This document shows, piece after piece, positions 57,750 to 64,000 of a stretch of 64,000 bases of DNA. The stretch is from a virus: the IMG/VR virus record IMGVR_UViG_3300025141_000021; one strand, 5' to 3'. The position numbers and the translations under genes were made by a program. The first letter of the stretch is position 1, and every line of letters starts with the position of its first letter. The notes under the pieces were generated by a model. That model had not been told where the DNA came from and did not search any database. It saw only the letters and a list, made by a program, of their open reading frames with translations.

Positions 57750-57957
57750 GGATCACCTTCAAATCTTCACTAAAGTATCGTCGCGGGCACTTGCCGTTTC
57801 TCGGACTGCCAATAATATCAATATAAAACATGGTAGAAAATGCTGTATGCTTGACCCCATATTTGTTGCTACATGCTAGGGCAGTTATCATCGCAAGGGT
57901 TCCCTTCGCGACTCCGATACTTGCCCGCTCGATTGAAACTAGATCACCGATCTTCAT
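57739..57957 (-). CDS. SH3/KOW-like small protein
   Basis: MKIGDLV...LKVIHE. Confidence 0.7.
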   Translation of the reverse strand: MKIGDLVSIERASIGVAKGTLAMITALACSNKYGVKHTAFSTMFYIDIIGSPRNGKCPRRYFSEDLKVIHEA

Positions 57958-58132
57958 TTACAACTTCCACTGCAAAATTGGGGTTAAAAGTTCCGATCCA
58001 TCGCTCAACAATTCCATACTCGGCAGAATAAAAACGGTATATTTCCTGCCCCTCGCCAAGAGACGTATCTAATCCCAGGTAAACACAGAGTTTTCCTGTC
58101 TTTTTCCATCGAACCAGATCACCGGGCTTCAC
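57944..58132 (-). CDS. SH3/KOW-like small protein
   Basis: GTG start, MKPGDLV...VEVVNEDR. Confidence 0.7.
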   Translation of the reverse strand: MKPGDLVRWKKTGKLCVYLGLDTSLGEGQEIYRFYSAEYGIVERWIGTFNPNFAVEVVNEDR

Positions 58133-58307
58133 TGACGACCTCCAAAAACTCGGGCAGTTCGGTGCTGATCTCACGTTCACCATGCTTGCGCTGGGTGTCG
58201 TCAATCCACTGAACATCGAGTGCTTCTCCGTTGGGTGTCACAATTATTCCTAAACAACCCGGTATGTGCATGCGGGGTTGATACCTTACCAGATCACCGA
58301 CTTTCAC
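58119..58307 (-). CDS. SH3/KOW-like small protein
   Basis: MKVGDLV...GII...VQW...LEVVSEAR. Confidence 0.7.
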   Translation of the reverse strand: MKVGDLVRYQPRMHIPGCLGIIVTPNGEALDVQWIDDTQRKHGEREISTELPEFLEVVSEAR

Positions 58308-58494
58308 TGATTACCTCCAGTTGGCTTTCAGCGTATCGAAGGGCATGCGGCATGTTGCGCCACAAGACTTCTACTTGTGTCTCTCCCGGTGGGTTCTGCG
58401 GAATGATTACTTCAAAAATAATCCCCATCGCGTATGTCTCTTTACAAACATTCTTCATCCCCTTCGGGTGATTTACTAGATCACCGATTTTCAC
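58294..58494 (-). CDS. SH3/KOW-like small protein
   Basis: MKIGDLV...GII...VLW...LEVISESR. Confidence 0.7.
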   Translation of the reverse strand: MKIGDLVNHPKGMKNVCKETYAMGIIFEVIIPQNPPGETQVEVLWRNMPHALRYAESQLEVISESR

Positions 58495-58648
58495 TGATTA
58501 CCTCCAAAGCAGCGGCGTAGGTCCAGCGAAGATCGCCGGGACGTTTAATGCGGTCGGACCATAGCCCGATATTACCAACCGGGCAGATATGAACAACGAG
58601 CCACAAAAGCCCGGTACGTTTACTTCTTACTAGATCGCCAACCTTCAT
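58481..58648 (-). CDS. SH3/KOW-like small protein (55 aa, not in the ORF track)
   Basis: MKVGDLVRSKRTG...LEVISENR by hand translation. Confidence 0.65.
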   Translation of the reverse strand: MKVGDLVRSKRTGLLWLVVHICPVGNIGLWSDRIKRPGDLRWTYAAALEVISENR

Positions 58649-58778
58649 CGTACTTATAGTATAGACGAAAACTCAGCGAAAGTCAACGCTCAAAACTTTA
58701 TTGTCAAATAAAAGTATTACCAGTCGCTAGTGTAGTAGTAGAGGCCTAGGCACCATAAAATAGTCAGGGCAAACATGG

Positions 58779-58991
58779 TCATGCTTCCTCGCTCGGCATG
58801 CCGAACGGATCAACCGGGACGCTAATCTCAGCCTGTGATCGGATTTTCTGTTGGCACCATGCGGCAGATCCGGCTTCTTCTTGATAGCTCAACCGTCCGT
58901 GAGATAGCCAAGCATCTTCTCTATCGTCACGATAGAGCGCAAGTGCCGCGAGGATAGTATTAACTTCGTCGTTGGTCAATTCAATCTTCAT
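58779..58991 (-). CDS. hypothetical protein
   Basis: MKIELTNDEVNTILAAL. Confidence 0.5.
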   Translation of the reverse strand: MKIELTNDEVNTILAALALYRDDREDAWLSHGRLSYQEEAGSAAWCQQKIRSQAEISVPVDPFGMPSEEA

Positions 58992-58992
58992 T

Positions 58993-59184
58993 TTAACTTG
59001 TCTCTCGTAGTGAAATAATTTCAAAGTGGGCGAGGCGGCTCCACGCACCCTTCGGGGTGAACTTGATAAACTCGCCTTCGGAGTCAGCTTTGTACTCCAC
59101 AACAATTTGAATCTTCTTATCATCGTTACGCACCAGTGCGCCGACCATCGGTAAACCTCTAGGCATTTTCTTATCTCCTACCAA
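58993..59184 (-). CDS. hypothetical protein
   Basis: ORF in a coupled chain. Confidence 0.45.
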   Translation of the reverse strand: MVGDKKMPRGLPMVGALVRNDDKKIQIVVEYKADSEGEFIKFTPKGAWSRLAHFEIISLRETS

Positions 59185-59549
59185 TTGATATTTGTGTATG
59201 GATAGATATGATCAAACCCATGACCGTGACAGGCAATATCTGAGGAATCTTCTCCGATCCGAACAAATTTGAAGTTCTCCGAAGAACCCCCGGCGTCATC
59301 GTCAAGGGGGAAATCATCACAATCTGCCGCGTCAACAAAGTTCTGGATTGCGCTAATGTCTTTGAAGTCCTCGTACCACTTGATACCATCCCACCGGACG
59401 AAGAAATGTCCTTCGCAGTAGTCCTGATCAAGTTCGTCGTTATGCGCGAACACAAGTTCGCGGGCACCGGGGTTCTTTGCCATGGCAGCTAGAAAATGCG
59501 GCATCAACTCTTTGCTGACTGCCAAAACTACTTGTGAGCGATAGCCCAT
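59178..59549 (-). CDS. conserved-looking phage hypothetical protein
   Basis: MGYRSQV...IKWY...FVRIGED. Confidence 0.6.
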   Translation of the reverse strand: MGYRSQVVLAVSKELMPHFLAAMAKNPGARELVFAHNDELDQDYCEGHFFVRWDGIKWYEDFKDISAIQNFVDAADCDDFPLDDDAGGSSENFKFVRIGEDSSDIACHGHGFDHIYPYTNINW

Positions 59550-59550
59550 C

Positions 59551-59763
59551 TTAACTCCTTGAAATCACTCGGATTTCGCTTTTATATTGTACGCTCTGAA
59601 CACCGTCAGGCCAAGTAATATCGTAGACAAAGCCGCCATTCTGAACATGCCCGTACCCCACATTAAGGGGTCGAACCTTGTGGACAATACCAGCTATTCC
59701 ACGATCTTCATCGATCTTCATCTTAACCAAGTCGCCTAGCTTCGGGAGCCTGTCGTTAACCAT
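59551..59763 (-). CDS. SH3/KOW-like small protein
   Basis: PKLGDLV...GIV...ITW...IRVIS. Confidence 0.65.
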   Translation of the reverse strand: MVNDRLPKLGDLVKMKIDEDRGIAGIVHKVRPLNVGYGHVQNGGFVYDITWPDGVQSVQYKSEIRVISRS

Positions 59764-59826
59764 ATGTATATTATGCCTGAGTTTGGGTGTAAAGTCAATA
59801 GCTAAAACTTTATTGTCAAATAAAAG

Positions 59827-60024
59827 TTAGCCAGCTAAGTCCTTGACATCATTAGCTTTGCTTAGTACTATGAGCGATCCAGCAGCGAACAGCCTGTCTC
59901 CCTCTCCGACTAGCTGAACCCACAGACGATCAGGGGTGACTGCCGCGACGAGGCGAATAGGTTGGTCTTCAAAGAACTGGGGGAGCCGCTGCACAAGATC
60001 GCCAACTTGAATTGTGGTCTTCAC
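59827..60024 (-). CDS. SH3/KOW-like small protein
   Basis: IQVGDLV...LIVLS. Confidence 0.6.
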   Translation of the reverse strand: MKTTIQVGDLVQRLPQFFEDQPIRLVAAVTPDRLWVQLVGEGDRLFAAGSLIVLSKANDVKDLAG

Positions 60025-60248
60025 GCGCAGCTCACAAGTTTAAGTGCTGACGTTGCCAGGGTGTGAGTATAATTAAATCGAGGGAACAGGACGCGCCAAC
60101 GAAGCTGCTCGCGTGGCTGTCTAGGCGACTCCAGAATAATTCCTAGCTCGCCTTTGATCCAATAATTCATGTCCTCGACACAATTAGTGTCAGGATTGAC
60201 TCGGGAGCCGGGTTGCCAATCGCACCGAACTAGATCACCGGGCTTCAC
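60021..60248 (-). CDS. SH3/KOW-like small protein
   Basis: GTG start, MKPGDLV...GII...LKLVS. Confidence 0.65.
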   Translation of the reverse strand: MKPGDLVRCDWQPGSRVNPDTNCVEDMNYWIKGELGIILESPRQPREQLRWRVLFPRFNYTHTLATSALKLVSCA

Positions 60249-60438
60249 TGAAAACCTCAAAGTCGTCCGTAATCCATGATTCTTTGCAGCCGAACTGTGT
60301 CAACCATACGTCAACCACATAATATGTTTCGTCGGGGTAGCCCTCACCATCGGGCATGCAATCTTCCGAAAGGTGAGGCTCTGACAAAATGATTGCTGTC
60401 TCTCCGAGAGGATCGACCACCAGATCACCGACTTTCAC
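60235..60438 (-). CDS. SH3/KOW-like small protein
   Basis: MKVGDLV...VDVW...FEVFSEAR. Confidence 0.7.
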   Translation of the reverse strand: MKVGDLVVDPLGETAIILSEPHLSEDCMPDGEGYPDETYYVVDVWLTQFGCKESWITDDFEVFSEAR

Positions 60439-60628
60439 TGATTAACTCCAAGTTATAATCGTTGTGCCAGAATGTTTCTTTACAATCAAACCATACAACT
60501 TCATAAGAAATCGCTGGCTCATCCTTCCAGTTCACCTCGCGTGGTCCGTCCACCACAATTCCTGTGTCGGGTCGAGCCGCGTTGAGATCGGCGGTTCCGT
60601 TCCACCTTACCAAATCACCGATTTGCAT
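60425..60628 (-). CDS. SH3/KOW-like small protein
   Basis: MQIGDLV...GIVV...VVW...LELISESR. Confidence 0.7.
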   Translation of the reverse strand: MQIGDLVRWNGTADLNAARPDTGIVVDGPREVNWKDEPAISYEVVWFDCKETFWHNDYNLELISESR

Positions 60629-60797
60629 TTACCAACTCTATGCTTGTGGCGGAAAGACCCACCGTTTTTGTTCCGCAGCGCAACTGGGAGGCTGGAAACC
60701 ACACGAGGAAACCACCGAAAGGTCGCTCCATTGTAATCACACCAATCCCGTACTTCCCATAACCTTCCTTACATTGTACTAGATCACCGATTTTCAT
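60615..60797 (-). CDS. SH3/KOW-like small protein
   Basis: MKIGDLV...GVI...LVW...IELVNANR. Confidence 0.7.
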   Translation of the reverse strand: MKIGDLVQCKEGYGKYGIGVITMERPFGGFLVWFPASQLRCGTKTVGLSATSIELVNANR

Positions 60798-61009
60798 CCC
60801 GATACTCTCCGCAAGTAGCTACTATTTATCTGCATCACCTTGCCAGTTTTAACTACCTGTCCCAACACATAACCATCGGCACACTTAAATTTCCAAACAT
60901 TAGGAACAATCAGATATAGATTATCGTTACTGGGATGATGGGTGAACGAACTGCCGCCACGCACCAGCATGCCTACCTTAATTTCATCCCGTCGAAGATA
61001 AACGATCAC
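60794..61009 (-). CDS. SH3/KOW-like small protein
   Basis: IKVGMLV...LRRVS. Confidence 0.6.
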   Translation of the reverse strand: MIVYLRRDEIKVGMLVRGGSSFTHHPSNDNLYLIVPNVWKFKCADGYVLGQVVKTGKVMQINSSYLRRVSG

Positions 61010-61155
61010 CAGACTCGCCGCCCCTTGTGCTTCGGGTGTCGAGCGACTTTGCCGCTGCCCTTGCCAGAACCCTTGCGGGCCTTGTTCTTATGCTTCCCTG
61101 CTCCCCGGTGGTTCCAGGCAGCGAGCGCAATCAAGTTTCGTCCGTTTCGCTTCAT
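61006..61155 (-). CDS. 49-aa basic Gly/Lys/His-rich peptide
   Basis: MKRNGRN...GAGKHKNKARKGSGKGSGKVARHPKHK; directly after a promoter. Confidence 0.6.
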   Translation of the reverse strand: MKRNGRNLIALAAWNHRGAGKHKNKARKGSGKGSGKVARHPKHKGRRVW

Positions 61156-61221
61156 CGTACTTACAGTATAGCAGGGCGCGGGCGCGGAGTCAAGAAGCAA
61201 AACTTTATTGTCAAATAAAAG

Positions 61222-61818
61222 TTAGCTCGCCTTGCCTGTCAGCTTTTCAATTCTTGCGATAGCAGCATCGCGGATCTTCTCAACGGTGCTGGTTGACATA
61301 AGTAGAGCCAGATCCAGATCGCAGTTAGGATGACGAGCGAAGTTTACTACCTGCCACTCCCAACTATTCCACCGATCATTCTTGAAAGTCTCGATAAAAT
61401 AGTGATAGATTTCCGCAAGCAAGTCTGACGGGGTTGCCCTCGCACCCTTGTCACAGTACCAACTTTGTGTATTAACGAAGGTTCTCAGCAATCGCCAGTC
61501 ACTTCGTCGCCAACTGTGGCTACGGAAAAGGTCATAGTATCGTTGCGGGTCGTCAACGTAGTGCCCTGCCGCCACCAGATCGCATTTGAGAGCATAACCT
61601 CGATGGTCCCACAATTCGTCACGCGCATCTTCACAAAGGTTCTCGTTGGATGCAAGGTGCATCTTTGCCCGTCGATAGGGCTGCTTTGCAAGGGCAAGCT
61701 GGGTTTCTTCATCAATGAACCGCACCTTTGCAAGTGCGTTCAGTTCAGAGTTTCGCAGATCGTTGTTTTCAATATGGTCAGCTAGTGACATTTTGTCTCC
61801 TAGTGGCTTCATCGCCAC
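61222..61818 (-). CDS. helical-repeat (LRV/HEAT-like) protein
   Basis: LASNENL and FARHPNC repeat-like motifs. Confidence 0.5.
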   Translation of the reverse strand: MAMKPLGDKMSLADHIENNDLRNSELNALAKVRFIDEETQLALAKQPYRRAKMHLASNENLCEDARDELWDHRGYALKCDLVAAGHYVDDPQRYYDLFRSHSWRRSDWRLLRTFVNTQSWYCDKGARATPSDLLAEIYHYFIETFKNDRWNSWEWQVVNFARHPNCDLDLALLMSTSTVEKIRDAAIARIEKLTGKAS

Positions 61819-61884
61819 TCTCTCTATATTATGCCTGAAACCTCAACGATAGTCAAGGGCCAAAAGTTTATTTTCAAATAAAAG

Positions 61885-62127
61885 TTATACTGGTGCTGCC
61901 GAAATCACTCTAATTTGATTCTTCGTGCACTCGGACTGCTCAGCCCACTGCATCGTATTATAATTACAAAACTTCGGGTTGACAAACCAGCGAACAATAA
62001 AACCGTTAGCCCAATTATAATGAGCGTTCCTGATCATCTTTTCTGCAACGATGATTCCCTGACCGGGTATATACCCGCGCTTAGTTTCAACCAGGGAGCC
62101 GACTCTGTACTTACTTTTTCGTGCCAT
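61885..62127 (-). CDS. SH3/KOW-like small protein
   Basis: YRVGSLV...GII...VRW...IRVIS. Confidence 0.65.
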   Translation of the reverse strand: MARKSKYRVGSLVETKRGYIPGQGIIVAEKMIRNAHYNWANGFIVRWFVNPKFCNYNTMQWAEQSECTKNQIRVISAAPV

Positions 62128-62193
62128 GCTTATATATTACCTCAATTGTGTTTAATTGTCAATAGTTATTTTGCGATTTTAAGTTTCTGATTA

Positions 62194-62370
62194 TTAGTCA
62201 TCCAGAAGTTTTAATTCTTTTTGGAGGTAAACGTGCTTCTCCGTCTCGCCAACAATTATGGCAATATAACTTCCAGTTAGAACCCCCTCGTTCACGGTGC
62301 CAGTAATCAGCACCACTTTGCCGTCAGCATCATCGGGAGTGCTGAGCCTTGCTAGATCACCGATGTTCAT
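62194..62370 (-). CDS. SH3/KOW-like small protein (58 aa, not in the ORF track)
   Basis: MNIGDLARL...ELKLLDD by hand translation. Confidence 0.6.
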   Translation of the reverse strand: MNIGDLARLSTPDDADGKVVLITGTVNEGVLTGSYIAIIVGETEKHVYLQKELKLLDD

Positions 62371-62545
62371 TTACGATCTCTAGTGAACAATAATCAAAAA
62401 GATGCTCATGGGTTCCGATAATAACACGCACCAAAGGTGACTTACCGGGCTCATATCGGCGCTTTCGGCCCAACACAATGCCAACTTTGTCCCGAAACAG
62501 CGAGGTGGATCGGTTATTTACTCGCACCAAATCACCGATTTTCAT
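62357..62545 (-). CDS. SH3/KOW-like small protein
   Basis: MKIGDLV...GIVL...LEIVNEHR. Confidence 0.7.
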   Translation of the reverse strand: MKIGDLVRVNNRSTSLFRDKVGIVLGRKRRYEPGKSPLVRVIIGTHEHLFDYCSLEIVNEHR

Positions 62546-62738
62546 TTACGACCTCAAGATTACTTTTCGCACAATACCTGGGCATGCCGTCGTACCATAT
62601 TTCTGCATACGCCTCGCAGGCATCCCTATCAAGGTGTCCGATAATAACTGCCAACCGTCCGGTGTCGAGCATTTCTCGATACCAGCCAGTCGGCTCTTTG
62701 GGCATGAAAGTTGCCCTGACCAGATCACCGATTTCCAC
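62532..62738 (-). CDS. SH3/KOW-like small protein
   Basis: GTG start, MEIGDLV...EIW...LEVVNENR. Confidence 0.7.
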   Translation of the reverse strand: MEIGDLVRATFMPKEPTGWYREMLDTGRLAVIIGHLDRDACEAYAEIWYDGMPRYCAKSNLEVVNENR

Positions 62739-62970
62739 TTGCCACCCTGCAAAGTCCTCGACCAAACCAGTCGTCCAATTCGCTAGCGTCAAAGGAATTC
62801 GGCTTCACTTCTTCATTCTGCCAGTAGATAACTGCCTCGGCAACTCGATCTTTTACTTCTATGCAGGGCTTCACCTCCAGCACGATACCAATATCCTTGC
62901 CGTCAGCACCAGCACTCCATCGCGGGCCGAACACTAGCAGATCGCCAACTTTCAGATCATTTATTGTCAT
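62725..62970 (-). CDS. SH3/KOW-like small protein
   Basis: LKVGDLL...GIVL...IYW...RVASGNR. Confidence 0.7.
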   Translation of the reverse strand: MTINDLKVGDLLVFGPRWSAGADGKDIGIVLEVKPCIEVKDRVAEAVIYWQNEEVKPNSFDASELDDWFGRGLCRVASGNR

Positions 62971-63166
62971 GCCCTGTCACCTTTTCAAGATACATGCTAT
63001 GAAACTTTAGTGTCTCGCCATTTAGAAACCATATATTGAAAACGTCACAAAGTTTGCCCTTTGCCACAACCTGTTCGACAATCAATCCTATTCGATGATC
63101 GGGCATGCGCCCATCTTCTGTGCCGTCCTTGATCTTTACCAGATCACCTTGCTTGAACTTACTCAT
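62957..63166 (-). CDS. SH3/KOW-like small protein
   Basis: FKQGDLV...GLIV...IW...LEKV. Confidence 0.7.
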   Translation of the reverse strand: MSKFKQGDLVKIKDGTEDGRMPDHRIGLIVEQVVAKGKLCDVFNIWFLNGETLKFHSMYLEKVTGHDNK

Positions 63167-63230
63167 ACCTATAGTATAGGCTATCTGAGGGGAGAAGTCA
63201 AACTTTTGTTTGAAAGACTTTTTTGAGGGT

Positions 63231-63425
63231 CTAACCCCTTGATATTACTACTAACATATCAGAGGGTTCTGCACAAGTAAATCTAGCGCGGTTTGATCCA
63301 GACCACAGCACCCGGCACATTTTAATGCTAGGCTGTCTCCGCGAGAAACTAACGCTCTCGACCAGTCCGATTCTCTGTCCGTGCTTTGTTTTTACGACAT
63401 CGCCAACTTTAATTGCAGACTTCAC
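63231..63425 (-). CDS. SH3/KOW-like small protein
   Basis: IKVGDVV...GLV...VLW...LVVIS. Confidence 0.7.
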   Translation of the reverse strand: MKSAIKVGDVVKTKHGQRIGLVESVSFSRRQPSIKMCRVLWSGSNRARFTCAEPSDMLVVISRG

Positions 63426-63657
63426 CTAGAACCTCTATATCTTCAAGCTGCCAAATCCAATCGCCCTCGTCATGGGGAGGAAGACCGTGACGGGTTCGCA
63501 CCAGCACTGCCGGGTATACATCTTCCCAAGTCGGGCGAAAATCAAACACTTCGGACAATACGATGCCGATGCGATTATCCTGATGTTGGACTAGATCACC
63601 GATTTTGGTGCCGGAATGTCGCCGCACCAAGTCCCCGATATTATAGTTTACTTCCAC
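63409..63657 (-). CDS. SH3/KOW-like small protein with a duplicated IGDLV start
   Basis: NIGDLV...KIGDLV...GIVL...IEVL. Confidence 0.6.
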   Translation of the reverse strand: MEVNYNIGDLVRRHSGTKIGDLVQHQDNRIGIVLSEVFDFRPTWEDVYPAVLVRTRHGLPPHDEGDWIWQLEDIEVLGEVCN

Positions 63658-63767
63658 TTCTTCAGCGGCACACTGCTTCGGCATGATAGACACCCATTCC
63701 ACTTCTTCCATGACTTCCAGCCACAAAACCTACAAAACCAAACTTCTTCTTCTTCACCGATTTTCAT
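63648..63767 (-). CDS. 39-aa zinc-ribbon peptide
   Basis: MKIGEEEEVWFCRFC...CLSC. Confidence 0.5.
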   Translation of the reverse strand: MKIGEEEEVWFCRFCGWKSWKKWNGCLSCRSSVPLKKWK

Positions 63768-63963
63768 TTGAGTTCTCCGCAAACTCTCCATCCATCGAAA
63801 TAATAAACTCTTTGGCATCCTGTGACCAAACCATCTCACATGCGTTCTCTTTTAAGTGAGATACCAATTCTGTATCTTTGTGTTCTAACTCTATCCAATT
63901 AGATATGGCTTGCTTTAACTCTTTCTCTGTGAGATAAACCGTTTTAAGTGATGTTGTTCTCAT
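63754..63963 (-). CDS. hypothetical protein ending in the junction motif
   Basis: Ends ENSNENR, overlapping the next ATG by 14 nt. Confidence 0.55.
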   Translation of the reverse strand: MRTTSLKTVYLTEKELKQAISNWIELEHKDTELVSHLKENACEMVWSQDAKEFIISMDGEFAENSNENR

Positions 63964-64000
63964 TTCTCTTCCTTAATAAGTTATAACGACCAAATCGTCA

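Noticed and set aside
52469-61886. Palindrome copies as a CRISPR array or integron attC sites
   Set aside because: Spacing is hundreds to thousands of bp, each copy is tied to a promoter, attC core motifs are absent, and no integrase is in the window
2439-63686. Plus-strand ORFs in the ORF track
   Set aside because: All lie antisense to well-supported minus-strand genes or RNAs and show no recognisable motifs
50194-63963. Diversity-generating retroelement behind the barrel-gene diversity
   Set aside because: No reverse transcriptase and no template/variable repeat pair differing only at adenines

Overview
This window is best read as a 64 kb fragment of a large (jumbo-type) lytic dsDNA phage. 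Essentially all genes are on the minus strand, none is a cellular housekeeping gene, and it carries a gp55-like sigma factor, PIN-PhoH, four tRNAs, a tmRNA and many small ORFs. There are three blocks. (1) 1.6-26 kb: a cluster of about 28 nucleotide-sugar, nonulosonate and glycosyltransferase genes, with no flippase, polymerase or exporter visible. (2) 26-49.6 kb: an accessory/late block (Cas4-like nuclease, PhoH, SpoU methylase, RNA genes, Flp pilin, proteases, lipoproteins, IscU/IscA, and proteins sharing an MKLTKxxLKxIIREEL-type leader). (3) 49.6-64 kb: a visibly more GC-rich, promoter-dense early-type region with a MoxR-vWA pair and about 29 tiny MK[IV]GDLV SH3/KOW-like genes. The most striking structure is in block 3. 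Thirteen gene junctions share a short sequence that acts at once as the C-terminus and stop of one gene, the Shine-Dalgarno site, and the start of the next. Eight full copies of a 23-bp palindrome, plus one partial copy, sit exactly 7 bp upstream of sigma70-type -35 boxes. All assignments come from motif reading only; no searches were run.
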